Source of the DNA: Phoronis australis
Taxonomy: Eukaryota; Animalia; Phoronida
DNA: 64,000 nucleotides
Assembly: GCA_002633005.1 (NCBI GenBank)
Contig: NMRA01000121.1
Span: 280,847 to 344,846, forward strand
Direction: 5' to 3'
Position numbers and translations under genes: made by a program. Of this stretch, positions 39,401 through 49,329 are shown piece by piece (within the stretch, counting starts at the first letter, position 1; each line of letters begins with the position of its first letter). The notes under the pieces are model-generated. The model saw only the letters and a list, made by a program, of their open reading frames with translations. It was not told the origin of the DNA and made no database searches.

Positions 39401-42400
39401 TTAGAATGCAAAAATCGACTAGGTCAATCACCATAGCCAACCAATGCATTATATATGGTGAGACATGCTCCACCCATCCTGTAGTCATGAATTCTGTCAC
39501 TCATCTGCTGCCATAAAGCTCAGGGTCCATCACACAAACGCACTGGAGTTTTAAACATTTTCAGTTCAGGACACAGTACAGGCAAAGATATTATAAAATC
39601 TTTAGTACAGGGGAAAAGGGATTTTTTCAAATTTATCACAAAACGTAATCGTTCGGGTTAACGCCCATGCTCAGTTAACCGCCCACCCCCTACTTTAGGT
39701 GAATTTCGATTTAACCGCCCACTGCTCGGTTAACCGCCCCCCTGCTATTTTTGAAGATTTCCAATTAACCGCCCACTGCTCGGTTAACCGCCCATCCCCT
39801 ACTTTTGACGATTGGTGATTACCGCCCTGTGCTAATAGGAAACGCGAATCCCCGACCTTTTAGATTAAGATCGATGATAACATTGAGTGCAACGACGGCC
39901 TCAGAGACCGCGGTTTAGCAATGTGAATTATGATACCAGTAACAAATTATTGTAACGGGTCATCGATTAACTTCAAAATGTAATACTTGAACACTTTGTC
40001 ACTTTCTTTTCTTCTCATGTTCGCAAACTTTAGGAACCGCGCTGGCGTCTACANGAAATCATATTAAAGGGACAGAATGCTTATATAGCCCTTCATTGCA
40101 TGCAACTATCTCCAATTTGTATTGCGTGAAATTTAGGAAATATGTACCACACCACGTAGAAAGCCTTTGAGAAAAAAGGAAAATGTCAATTTTAACAAAA
40201 TAAAGAATTGTGTTCCCAATTCACTTGTTCAAAAGGAAAAAAAATCAGTCATTACCGAGCATGCAGAACATTACCAATTTTCTGTTCAACGAAAAAAAAA
40301 AACGCCCAAGGGGATGAAACTGCAAGTTTTTCACTTGAAGGTATGTTGCTCATTTCATTTTCAGTTCTTGCCAATTATGCATTGTTTGTAAAGGCCATGA
40401 CTTTCATTTGCATCCTCCCAGAATGAGATTTCTTAATTTTGGCGACCTCAGATCCCCTGTTTGGCAATCTCGGAATTTCTACAGGTGGATAAGGCTAACC
40501 CTGGAGCCCTGTATTGGAAAAACAAATTGTTTAGAAATTACATATTTATCACCAAGAATACCAGGAAGGCAGTAATGATTATTAATCATTCCCAAGAGAA
40601 CTTTGAAGACCAAGCAGCAGCCCATTGAGCCCAGTATAAACAATCTGCATGGATGGTCAGTCATCCCATCAACCTCAGGCTGGGAAGTCAGGCCAATAAC
40701 GAGCAACCAAGGAGACTCAGTGATGGGCCTTGTCTGGCCTTGTCTGCACTCTCTCAATTCATTGGTGTACAATATCAGTACCACTGCCACAGAGATGTTC
40801 CAACACCATTTTTAGAGCTTCGAAATTTTGTATGAAGTCATACACTATCCTCCAAGTGTGTAGACAATGGTTCAGAAATCATAGTCAAAGAAAAATGGAA
40901 AAAGTTATTACACGTTGAGAATAATGGTCAATGACAACTATGGAAATTCTGTTTAAGACAACTATAATTGGTAAAATTAGTGTCAAAAGTGACCACATTG
41001 TTGTGAATACTCAAAATTTTACCATTTTTTTTCTGTGGCATGTTAACTTTCCTTTATTTTGTTTAGACATTTGATCATAAAACATTCCATGTGTGTAAAT
41101 TTTTACTGTACAATGAATTTGACTTTTTCAAATACCATATTTCACCAAACTCCATTGGTAAAATAAGTCGTGGCAACACTGGCTAAATTGTGATACCAAC
41201 CTTTACCAGAAATGTGGCAGAGTAATATTATATACATGAGGTCTGTGGGGAAATAGTTCATCAAAAGAGGACTCAAACTGAGATACAATTGTATGCAAGC
41301 AGGGCGTACACTTTTGTATCCTTGTGTACTTATTGATGTATGCGCACCTTGAAACACACCCAAGGTCAGTTTCTGTTTCAGTGGTAAAATGATGACACAT
41401 TCAATTGAGTGTTCACATCTGTGAAGATCCAACTATATTCTCTATAGTAAATACATAGAGGCTGAGGTTGGCCAGTAGTGAAATGTATTACATAAACACA
41501 GAAAAATCAGGAACCCCAACTGGCGGGGAATCGAACCATAGGTCTCTATATTCTCAACTGAGTATTCACATCTGTGAGGATTCAAAATATTCTCAATTTA
41601 GCGTACACATCTGTGAAGATTCAACTATATTCTCAATTTAGTGTACACATCTGTGCAGATTCACTATATTCTAAATTTAGTGTACACATCTGTGACATTC
41701 AACTATATTCTCAATTTAGTGTACACATCTGCGATATTCAACTATATTCTCAATTTAGTGTACACATCTGTGCAGATTCGCAATATTCTCACTTTAGTGA
41801 ACACATCTGTGAAGATCCAACTATATTCTCAATTTAGTGTACACATCTGTGCAGATTCGCTATATTCTCACTTTAGTGAACACAACTGTGAAGATTCACT
41901 ATATTCTCACTTTAGTGAACACATCTGTGAAGATTCACTATATTCTCACTTAAGTGAACACATCTGTGCAGATTCACTATATTCTCACTTTAGTGAACAC
42001 ATCTGTGCAGATTCACTATATTCTCAATTTAGTGTACACATCTGTGAAGATTCATTATATTCTCACTTTAGTGAACACATCTGTGAAGATTCACTATATT
42101 CTCACTTTAGTGAACACATCTGTGCAGATTCACTATATTCTCAATTTAGTGTACACATCTGTGAAGATCCAACTATATTCTCAATTTAGCGTACACATCT
42201 GTGAAGATCCAGTTAATAAATAAACCTGAATTTAGAGAACATTTCAGTGAATATCCAACTAATAAATAAACCTGGATTTAGTGAACACTTCTCTGATGAT
42301 CCAATTATAATTACCAGAATTTTGTGAATACTTATGCAAAGAATCAACTATAGACATCTAAATAAAATGTACACTTCTACGAAGATATACTTTGGGAGCA

Positions 42401-45400
42401 ACTTTTCCAATAAGCAGAATTGATTAAACGCACAACACTTTTCGTTGTTGTTGTATAAAGAGCCATAGACACCTGAATTTGGTGAACACTCCTGCAAACA
42501 TCTAAAGACAATCACTCTCATATGCTGCAAATTTCCATCAGAAAGTAACTGAATATAAAAATTATGATTATTGCACTTACTACAGTGTTATGATATTCTA
42601 TGAAGTTTTTGACTTCATTATTCCCTGATAATCAAAGTATAAAAGCAACCAGAATTAAAGATCATCCCATGGTCTAGAGAAACAGTGAGTGACATCTAAT
42701 TATAATCAAAACTCTGGGCAATGAGTCACACACACTAGATCTTGAAATGGGCCATAGGTCATAGGTCAGAGTCAAAAGCTTGTGTATGTACTTCCAGACT
42801 AAAATGGGAGGTACAAGTATTTTAAGTGGACTTTTGGTGGAGGAAAGGAAGAAGGCACATAATAAAAAGGTCAAACTTTACAAGCAGGAGTAATCTTATA
42901 GATTCAGTGATTACTGATAAATGAATTGCAAGTATGGAGCTTCAAAGTTCATTCATGGAATAATCAAACTCAAAGAGAGTCAAAACACATTGACTGGAAG
43001 TCACCTTAAAAACCAAAGTTTAGTAAATCAAAAAGAGAGGAAAACATAAAATCAAACTAAAACAGCTACAGAAATGTAACCTTGTACACTAAATATCTAG
43101 ATAAATGATTGTCTTAAAAGGGTTAAGCAAATAATTCAAATGCTACATGATATCTAGGCCAAGACAGCAAACATCACACTGGTATCTATTCAGGAAATAA
43201 ATCGTTTATTTGTACTGAACCCCGAGGTAAAACTGAAACTCTCAATGACACCTTTATAGCAAATGTTTCATCACAGAACTTTGAATCTTAAGAAGTAAAG
43301 AGCTTAAATTGCCAAATCATATACGCGTGTGCATGTACATTGGAAAGAAATCAAGTTACACTTTGGCAAGACAAACAACATGGTCAGCCAGAGTTATTTT
43401 AGAAATAATATAGATCGTAAGAGAAATGGAAATTCTGGTTCACATGATAACTTCAAATAACATTTTGCTAAGCACCCTAAGATTTTAAATTTGCCATTCA
43501 GCAAAATGATTACTGGAACTGTTTAACAAAATTTATAAAAAATATGACACAAGAATAATTAGTATTTTACTTTTAATTTACTTGTGCAAGTTATTTTAAT
43601 TTCAAAATCTCCTGAGACAAAAAATTAAGTTAATGAAGAAGGGAGATACAGGGGACATAATGTATATTGTTAAACGCTAACCAAACATACCTGTGATCGT
43701 GGTATCTTTGCAGACATCAAATACATGCGGCAAGGGGACATAACCTGTACAGAGATGAAAATAATGAGCACCTGAAGACAGACAGGGTATAAGTACAAGA
43801 CTATCACTATTCACCAAAAAGTGTTTCCACATTTAGTCTCAGAACACTGTAGTAGATACTGATATAAACAAAAGCAATACAAAGCATCGATATGGACACA
43901 CCTTGTGCATCGCACCAAGTGTAGATTCAACGGATGATCATTGTTCTAAACATTCTCACAAAAGGGAGCAATGCTGGTAATGTTAAATAACATTTAGGGG
44001 GTGCAAAGCAAGTTAGAAATGCCAAAAAAACTGACAGGAAAGTAATAACAAAAAATTGTTAAAGAAATGGTTGCTAGGTGGTTTACAATACATCCAGTCC
44101 ATCTGAAAATGAATAAGTGTCACTGCTTTTGTGAAAAAAAATTTCATGAAAATCTGCCAAAGAACTTTGAAGACATAGAGGAAAACGTAAAAAATCAATG
44201 ACTACAACTCAGTTTTCTAAAAAGTGGGGTTAAACCATAATTCTAGCAAGTAGCATACGTGGAACAAAGACTAGAGTCAAATGATGCGCGTATTTCAAGA
44301 TCAATGGAATAAAGACTCAAGCTTCAAAAGCACGACACATCAATCATCTCAAATGAACAGAACAAAACTGTGGCCAGTTACCTTGAATCTAAGTGAATGT
44401 TACTAAAGATAAGAAGATATGTTAGCTCTCGAGTTCCTATTTCAACATTGAATTGACAAGACAATTTAAAAATTTTAGATCATTGACATTGAATGTAAAT
44501 TCAACATTTTGGTTTCTCATTTGCTGTATCTAATTTAAACAGTTCCTACCATGGTCACTAGTGCTAAATGCAACAGGGAATTGTTTCTATTAGGGTATTT
44601 AAAGCTTTTCTTAATAAAATTAACGTGAAAATTGGAAAACAAAAAATCGGTGCAACGTAAGGGGCGGGAGATATGTCCATCAGTCTGGCAAAGTTACTTG
44701 CAATGGATTTGATCCAATTGTGAACAAATGTTTGTAGAATTCAGACTTGAGGGGAATTTTTTAATTACTTGAGGGGAATGTTTGAGCCTCATTAGGGGAA
44801 CTTCGCGTGATTTTTCAATATTTTTCAGAGGAGAATGAAGCTGATATTCGGCCAAAAAATCAAAAAATTGAGAGCCTTTATGATAACAAAAACTAACATC
44901 GTGGGAAAATGCTCCACTCGACTGGCAATGTTGAATATAGAACACAAGATCACAATCGTGCATTCTATAAATGACTTCACATGGTGGGAAATTAGAAAAT
45001 TTATAAAATTTCACTTTAAAATTTTAAATTTCCTGTTTATTTCATCATACTAAAGAAGCTGATTCAGTTTGATTTGATCAGCTACATCCACTAACTACAC
45101 AAATCAAAATAATTTCACAAACAAGTTGTCTCACCAGAATGCGTTCATCAAGTTTATCTGGTTTTAGTTCTACTCTCAACCTCCTCATTGAGACGGCCTT
45201 CACCTTGCTGCCCAGTGCATCACGAACACTACCTGAAATCATACATAATCATATCAAAGTGGATTTAGGAAGGAGCTAAAAATGAACATTGTCACCATGC
45301 CATTTCTAGGACTTAGGGGACATGTTCATTGAATCAAAATTTGTGATAGTCCCCTAATATGACATCCTAGATAAGCCAGTATACTGTTGTGTCGGACAGA

Positions 45401-48400
45401 TATATACCCTCCCAATATGTCAGGAATTTAGTGAATTGGAAATTGGCGAATTTTGACTATTTGTTGACATTATTTTGTGAGAAGATGAGCTGTAAGTGTC
45501 ATAGTAGGACCTGCATATAGGTCAGCAATATAGGTCAGCAATATAGGTCAGCAATGTGGGTCAGCAGCCTCGAGCTGCTATACATAAAGCAGCATCACAC
45601 CAGAAGGTGTTTTCTGTCAATAAACCCAAGTTTTGATTTAGGCCACTGACCATTATAAAATTGATCTCAAATCGGTCGTTTGTCAAAACAAGTATGATTT
45701 CTGTGCTTGGAAAGAGCTGTCAGTTTGTTATTTGCTCAGAGTGAACTGATAAATCTTCAGCCTAGAGAGTGAAGGACAACACACGATAATATTAAGTGGT
45801 CTGACTCAAAACGTTTTTTGATAGATTATACTAGGGATATTCCTGACCAGGTTTGAATCTGTGCCCTTTGGGCACACCTGATGATAAAAAGTGTGCCTTT
45901 TTCAAAAAGTTGTGCCCAGAAGTGGTAACATATGAAACAGAAACTTCAACGGTAATCGAAATAAGAACAAAGTCATGTTTTACCTGACTGGCTGTAAGTT
46001 GAATGGAATCTTGCATTTTTGGAAGAGTAATGTGCTTTATGCTGCAATATACTTGTGCTTTTTTATTTTTGTATGCGCTTATGATGCAAAGGCGCAGTCC
46101 AGAAATATCCCCTGCAGATACCATGACTTAAATCTCACTGTAAGCGACACCAATTCACGAGACCTGCCCATTTCAAAAGTACAAGTATGTAGCAACACCA
46201 CCAACAGAAAGTTACCAACTAACTTGGGTGAGTACACCATTGATTCCACTTCGTGTAAATCACTTTTTTCCCTTTACCGGGTACAATTAAGGGTTCAAAT
46301 TTTAGACAAACTGAAAGCTATCTTGGTCATATTCATTAAGTTGTGATCACCTTGGGTAAATCTGTCAAATGTCAAACAGAAGGAGACCTTTACAGGTACA
46401 GCATTCCAAGGGTGTGACTCGTGATTCTCTTTTGTTCAGAGATTCTCCACAGCTTTACATAGTATGTACCATGTAACATGCATGACTCAAACATTTGGAA
46501 AAACATTCTCTGAGCAAGGCAAGAGAATTTTGCGATAACCTATGACACAGGCTGGATCATTTTAGTTTCGGAAGATTGTCCAAAGTTACACATGACAAAT
46601 TCACCCAAGGTTGAGAGCGGTGGTCAAAATACCATAACTGAGCTACACATTCACAGAAATGAGCTACACACTCACAGAATACTGCAGAACTTTGTTCTAG
46701 ACACTCAGAGTAACAGTAACTATAAAAACAATTTGCTACAAATATTCAGTTTTAGTGAATGATTCATCACATTTATACACAAGTAAGACCATTCAAAACT
46801 AAACAACTAAATAAAATTTACAGGCAGTAAATAAAATTCTTCAAGGTTGGGTTGTATAGAGATTAGCAAAGTTCTGCAAATCCACTGGACTTCTAAGTCT
46901 TTATTGATAATCTATTTTGAAGATGTTAAGCTGTTGCTTCAAAAGGTCAAATGTTGTTTTTGTAACTACCAAGCTTAAAAGGTATGAGGATAAGACCAGA
47001 CTTGACATGGAGGACAATAGCAACTTCTAGTTGTCCAAAAGTTTTGAAGACCACTTTCACATAATNTCTGTGCCCTTTGGGCACACCTGATGATAAAAAG
47101 TGTGCTTTTTTTCAAAAAGTTGTGCGTAGCAGTGGTAACATATGAAACAGAAACTTCAACGGTAATCGAAATAAGAACAAAGTCATGTTTTACCCGACTG
47201 GCTGTAAGTTGAATGGAATCTTGCATTTTTGGAAGAGTAATGAGCTTTAAAAGATGCGCCCAGGGGCGCACTGCTGCAATATACTTATGCTTTTTTATTT
47301 TTGAATGCGCTTATGGTGCAAAGGCACAGTCCAGAAATATCCCCTGTAGATACCATGACTTAAATCTCACTGTAAGCGACACCAATTCACGAGACCCGCC
47401 CATGTCATATTTCAAAAGTACAAGTATGTAGCAACACCACCAACAGAAAGTTACCAACTAACTTGGGTGAGTACACCATTGATTACACTTTTTCCCTTTA
47501 CCGGGTACAATTAAGACTTCAAAGTTTAGATAATCTAAAAGCTATCTTGGTCATATTCATTAAGTTGTGATCACCTTGGGTAAATCTGTCAAATGTCAAA
47601 CAGAAGGAGACCTTTACAGGTACAGCATTCCAAGGGTGTGACTCATGATTCTGTTTTGTTCAGAGATTCTCCACATCTTTACATAGTATGTACCATATAA
47701 CATGCATGACTCAAACATTTGGAAAAACGTTCTCTGAACAGGGCAAGAGAATTTTGCGATAACCTATGACACAGGCTGGATCATTTTAGTTTCGGAAGAT
47801 TGTCCAAAGTTACACATGACAAATTCACCCAAGGTTGAGAGCGGTGGTCAAAATACCATAACTGAGCTACACATTCACAGAAATGAGCTACACACTCACA
47901 GAATACTGCAGAACTTTGTTCTAGACACTCAGAGTAACAGTAACTATAAAAACAATTTGCTACAAATATTCAGTTTTAGTGAATGATTCATCACATTTAT
48001 ACACAAGTAAGACCATTCAAAACTAAACAACTAAATAAAATTTACAGGCAGTAAATAAAATTCTTCAAGGTTGGGTTGTATAGAGATTAGCAAAGTTCTG
48101 CAAATCCACTGGACTTCTAAGTCTTTATTGATAATCTATTTTGAAGATGTTAAGCTGTTGCTTCAAAAGGTCAAATGTTGTTTTTGTAACTACCAAGCTT
48201 AAAAGGTATGTGGATAAGACCAGACTTGACATGGAGGGCAATAGCAACTTCTAGTTGTCCAAAAGTTTTGAAGACCACTTTCACATAATCAATAACAGGC
48301 ACTATTCAGTAATTGGTTGGTTCACAAAGTCATTGCTCAATAAAAGTGATCATTAACAAGTTAATGCAAGGATTGACGTTGTTAGTTATTTGGGTTATGT

Positions 48401-48887
48401 GGTTAAAAACTGAATCCAGGCTAATTTGCATTGCCAAAATGCAGGAGCACCAACAACAGTGGAGTTGAGACAATAGGGATAAACCTACTTTTACCAGCCT
48501 GCTTAACACAACAGTATATCAAAATTACAATAGGAATGTTCAGCCTGGTTGCAATTTAAATCTGTTAGTTATTGACTGTCGTGACAAGTCTTGTTATTCT
48601 GTTCATTTCTCACACAGTTCACACAAATGAATTTTAAATTATTTATGAAACTATTATATTAGGTATAAACACAGACTAGAAAAACATCATTAAACATCTA
48701 TAACGCATATCGATGTCTGTAAGACGTAGCCCAACAACGCCAATTCAATAACAATTCAAAATAATTTATCTATAAAAGCAGGAAGTGATTAGCTAGTAGT
48801 GGTAAGTAGTTTGACATTTGTTCACAGTTGTTGCAGAGTTGAGTACTCACTCTGAAGCTCCCGGGATACAACGCCGGTTGAAGTCAT
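175..48887 (-). CDS. CARMIL: CARMIL / LRRC16 (capping protein, Arp2/3 and myosin I linker; F-actin-uncapping protein), 28 coding exons in window, 3' end beyond left edge
   Basis: GT-AG exons with consistent phases: 48851-48887, 45135-45232, 43691-43744, 34082-34141, 32396-32523, 31539-31707, 26020-26093, 25504-25579, 24730-24818, 24177-24271, 23248-23441, 21080-21339, 20322-20473, 19404-19503, 18323-18377, 17044-17147, 15281-15418, 13716-13908, 7999-8139, 7181-7297, 6633-6695, 6255-6367, 5135-5222, 4059-4196, 3621-3690, 3010-3105, 1241-1390, ~175-433. Translation is colinear with recalled human CARMIL1: PH domain, [30 protein letters not shown], LRRs, EQAYRLQQG, helical domain, CPI motif. Confidence 0.95.
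1028..1161. repeat. Palindrome with 45-bp arms carrying hammerhead-ribozyme-like (Penelope-type) motifs
   Basis: Arms 1028-1072 and 1117-1161 (1 mismatch); internal hairpin GGACTGTAG-a-CTACAGTCC followed by GAAACG. Confidence 0.75.
1241..1390 (-). CDS. CARMIL: CARMIL exon 27
   Basis: [13 protein letters not shown]...[12 protein letters not shown]; tttag / GTATG. Confidence 0.8.
3010..3105 (-). CDS. CARMIL: CARMIL exon 26 (phase 1-1, possibly skippable)
   Basis: [31 protein letters not shown]; ctag / GTGAGT. Confidence 0.75.
3621..3690 (-). CDS. CARMIL: CARMIL exon 25
   Basis: [23 protein letters not shown]; ctcag / GTAAAA. Confidence 0.85.
4059..4196 (-). CDS. CARMIL: CARMIL exon 24
   Basis: [12 protein letters not shown]...TPDDDRSEP; open frame, AG/GT, phase 0-0. 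Confidence 0.85.
4561..4615 (+). mobile_element. 3' fragment of the same SINE family
   Basis: gcacacgtctggtacaacatgtaacagatcgcctgcattatttt is nearly identical to 21778-21822. Confidence 0.7.
5135..5222 (-). CDS. CARMIL: CARMIL exon 23
   Basis: [29 protein letters not shown]. Confidence 0.92.
6255..6367 (-). CDS. CARMIL: CARMIL exon 22
   Basis: [20 protein letters not shown]...[11 protein letters not shown]. Confidence 0.9.
6633..6695 (-). CDS. CARMIL: CARMIL exon 21
   Basis: [21 protein letters not shown]. Confidence 0.9.
7181..7297 (-). CDS. CARMIL: CARMIL exon 20
   Basis: LLPKLQQVA...[21 protein letters not shown]. Confidence 0.9.
7999..8139 (-). CDS. CARMIL: CARMIL exon 19
   Basis: [16 protein letters not shown]...[13 protein letters not shown]. 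Confidence 0.92.
9198..9243. repeat. (GAAT)n microsatellite
   Basis: atgaatgaacgaatgaatgaacc...gaatgaatgaat. Confidence 0.85.
10272..10330. repeat. (TTA)n microsatellite
   Basis: attattattattatt... Confidence 0.9.
13716..13908 (-). CDS. CARMIL: CARMIL exon 18
   Basis: [14 protein letters not shown]...[27 protein letters not shown]. Confidence 0.95.
14359..14537 (+). mobile_element. MITE family A (termini aattgacctatcgc...gcgataggtcaatt)
   Basis: TIRs present; related copies at about 23030-23149, 50608-50781 and 59832-60050. Confidence 0.8.
15281..15418 (-). CDS. CARMIL: CARMIL exon 17
   Basis: [45 protein letters not shown]. Confidence 0.95.
15566..16020 (-). mobile_element. 5'-truncated non-LTR retrotransposon (I/R1/Loa-group-like ORF2 C-terminus)
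   Basis: ORF 15616..16002 has [10 protein letters not shown] and a CCHC knuckle [18 protein letters not shown]; 8-bp direct repeat gggaatta at 15558-15565 and 16021-16028. Confidence 0.85.
17044..17147 (-). CDS. CARMIL: CARMIL exon 16
   Basis: [34 protein letters not shown]. Confidence 0.95.
18323..18377 (-). CDS. CARMIL: CARMIL exon 15
   Basis: [18 protein letters not shown]. Confidence 0.92.
18430..19238 (+). mobile_element. Dispersed repeat, Helentron/HINE (DINE-1)-like, with tandem aagtttcat-aaaatcc cores
   Basis: 18980-19235 is clearly homologous to 25660-25936 (aatagat.cctat.tgccaa.tttatgaaaatc...gagttttggagatagagcag...gacgga...ataaaa); similar cores at about 33290-33900 and 44040-44190. 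Confidence 0.55.
19404..19503 (-). CDS. CARMIL: CARMIL exon 14
   Basis: [32 protein letters not shown]. Confidence 0.93.
19865..19980 (+). repeat. Dispersed repeat shared with about 16048-16125 (+) and about 60555-60665 (-)
   Basis: attagaatt....cacc.taatag...tttttgctgtt..cagaatt.gccgtc.tgacggga. Confidence 0.55.
20322..20473 (-). CDS. CARMIL: CARMIL exon 13
   Basis: QLLLGISVN...[23 protein letters not shown]. Confidence 0.95.
21080..21339 (-). CDS. CARMIL: CARMIL exon 12
   Basis: [14 protein letters not shown]...[22 protein letters not shown]. Confidence 0.95.
21585..21826 (+). mobile_element. tRNA-derived SINE
   Basis: Pol III A box TGGCCTGGTTG and B box GGTTCAAGTCC; AT-rich tail; 11-bp TSD tcatgtgggat at 21574-21584 and 21827-21837. 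Confidence 0.85.
23030..23149 (+). mobile_element. MITE family A partial copy (3' half)
   Basis: acgaaggtgt...atcctggcgataggtcaatt. Confidence 0.6.
23248..23441 (-). CDS. CARMIL: CARMIL exon 11
   Basis: LRR: [20 protein letters not shown]...[11 protein letters not shown]. Confidence 0.95.
24177..24271 (-). CDS. CARMIL: CARMIL exon 10
   Basis: [31 protein letters not shown]. Confidence 0.95.
24636..24751. repeat. 31-bp tandem repeat spanning the CARMIL exon 9 donor
   Basis: catccttacctgcctagtcctactccactca, about 3.7 copies. Confidence 0.9.
24730..24818 (-). CDS. CARMIL: CARMIL exon 9
   Basis: [29 protein letters not shown]; AG|GTAAGG donor. Confidence 0.9.
25504..25579 (-). CDS. CARMIL: CARMIL exon 8
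   Basis: [25 protein letters not shown]. Confidence 0.95.
25660..25936 (+). mobile_element. Second copy of the HINE-like repeat
   Basis: Aligns by eye to 18980-19235. Confidence 0.55.
26020..26093 (-). CDS. CARMIL: CARMIL exon 7
   Basis: [24 protein letters not shown]. Confidence 0.95.
27930..29225 (+). mobile_element. Kolobok-like non-autonomous element (TTAA TSD, AGG...CCT ends, about 270-bp inverted termini, THAP remnant), nested in the 4.9-kb element
   Basis: TTAA at 27926-27929 and 29226-29229; inverted repeats 27930-28203 / 28955-29225; frameshifted THAP motifs [22 protein letters not shown], then CQVC...[13 protein letters not shown]. Confidence 0.85.
28196..28915 (+). pseudogene. 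Frameshifted, truncated THAP-domain transposase N-terminus
   Basis: Fragments in different frames ([21 protein letters not shown]; [13 protein letters not shown]; [19 protein letters not shown]; [10 protein letters not shown]...C..GH..W); no DDE core. Confidence 0.75.
30574..30680. repeat. About 53-bp tandem duplication inside the 4.9-kb transposon
   Basis: atgaatcatagcRgagctgaccagcgactagcattagttcgtcgaattgcgc, 2 copies. Confidence 0.9.
31539..31707 (-). CDS. CARMIL: CARMIL exon 6
   Basis: [14 protein letters not shown]...[27 protein letters not shown], a CARMIL signature. Confidence 0.95.
32396..32523 (-). CDS. CARMIL: CARMIL exon 5
   Basis: [12 protein letters not shown]...[11 protein letters not shown] within ORF 32392..32619; AG/GTAAG. 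Confidence 0.9.
34082..34141 (-). CDS. CARMIL: CARMIL exon 4 ([20 protein letters not shown])
   Basis: ttctag / GTAAAA; resembles LELTFSYLEIHGV. Confidence 0.9.
34567..35220. mobile_element. TTAA-type MITE (Kolobok-like GG termini)
   Basis: TIR gggggtttgacatagttt / aaactatgtcaaaccccc; flanks ttca (mutated) and ttaa. Confidence 0.75.
37296..37454. mobile_element. Tc1/mariner-type MITE with TA TSD and internal TTAACCGCCC subrepeats
   Basis: ta|ccgtaaacgttcgggttaacgccc...gggcgttaacccgaacgattacgg|ta. Confidence 0.85.
39644..40053 (+). mobile_element. Left part of a longer element related to the 37296 MITE, cut by the assembly gap at 40054
   Basis: cgtaatcgttcgggttaacgcccatgctcagttaaccgcccacccc and further TTAACCGCCC repeats; no right TIR before the N. 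Confidence 0.65.
41410..42210. repeat. Minisatellite with a 39-40-bp unit (tgtgaagattcactatattctcactttagtgaacacatc), about 17 copies
   Basis: Direct tandem repeats; these explain the repetitive ORFs at 41574-42223. Confidence 0.95.
43691..43744 (-). CDS. CARMIL: CARMIL exon 3 ([18 protein letters not shown])
   Basis: tacag / GTATG; resembles VLTSCRAFLVTARIPTK. Confidence 0.9.
45135..45232 (-). CDS. CARMIL: CARMIL exon 2 ([32 protein letters not shown])
   Basis: tttcag acceptor, GTGAG donor; PH-domain start. Confidence 0.9.
45858..48289. repeat. 1.2-kb direct duplication joined at a single N (47066), probably two haplotypes
   Basis: 45858-47065 versus 47067-48289, near-identical with a few SNPs and indels. 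Confidence 0.9.
48851..48887 (-). CDS. CARMIL: CARMIL exon 1 ([12 protein letters not shown])
   Basis: ATG at 48887-48885, donor A|GTGAGT; resembles human MTEESSDVPRELI. Confidence 0.85.
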
Positions 48888-49271
48888 TATTTTTATGTTT
48901 GGAAGAGCAATATCTCCTAAGCTCACAGTGACTTTTTATCAATGAAAGAAAACTTTTAGAGCTTTATCAGTTGCACACTTAGTAACAAAATGTTGCGGAA
49001 GTGAGCGAGGGAGTGTCCTTATACGCCATGATGTTGATGGTATACGTCATGCATGATGAACCACAAAAGCTTTTAAGTTCTGAAGAATCTGCATATTGTT
49101 TACTCATTTTTAGAAATTATGTGGCCTCTTGTCAACTGAAATTACAAACCAAATATTTGAATGTTGTAAATAAATAGGTAATTCTCCGGTTCAAGGGAAT
49201 AATTTTTAATTCTTAAAATATTACTTGCGTATTGAAGCGACATCTGTGTGTTGTGCTTGAAAGTTGACGAA
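48888..49271. promoter_or_regulatory. Putative bidirectional promoter / 5' UTRs shared by CARMIL (-) and COQ9/GLMN (+)
   Basis: Divergent ATGs at 48887(-) and 49272(+), 384 bp apart; ETS/GABP-type CGGAAGTG at 48996-49003 and a CRE-like ACGTCA near 49045. Confidence 0.7.
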
Positions 49272-49329
49272 ATGTCTCAACTGTGCTTGCGTTGTGTTGG
49301 AGTTCTCAGGCACCAAATTTATTCTCTTG
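49272..49329 (+). CDS. COQ9: COQ9 exon 1 (MSQLCLRCVGVLRHQIYSL), mitochondrial presequence-like
   Basis: ATG with A at -3; strong G|GTAAGA phase-1 donor that matches the phase-1 acceptor at 54533. Joined peptide MSQLCLRCVGVLRHQIYSLGLRHLSTTKLRCS is Arg/Leu/Ser-rich with no acidic residues. Confidence 0.78.

Noticed and set aside
41574-42223. Repetitive ORFs ([13 protein letters not shown])n resembling a Cys/His metal-binding protein, or a CRISPR-like array
   Set aside because: Head-to-tail minisatellite with no unique spacers, open in several frames, in a eukaryotic intron.
45975-47431. Duplicated ORFs ([10 protein letters not shown]...[15 protein letters not shown]) suggesting a tandem gene pair
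   Set aside because: They lie in the probable assembly duplication, are disrupted differently in each copy, and have no recognisable homology.
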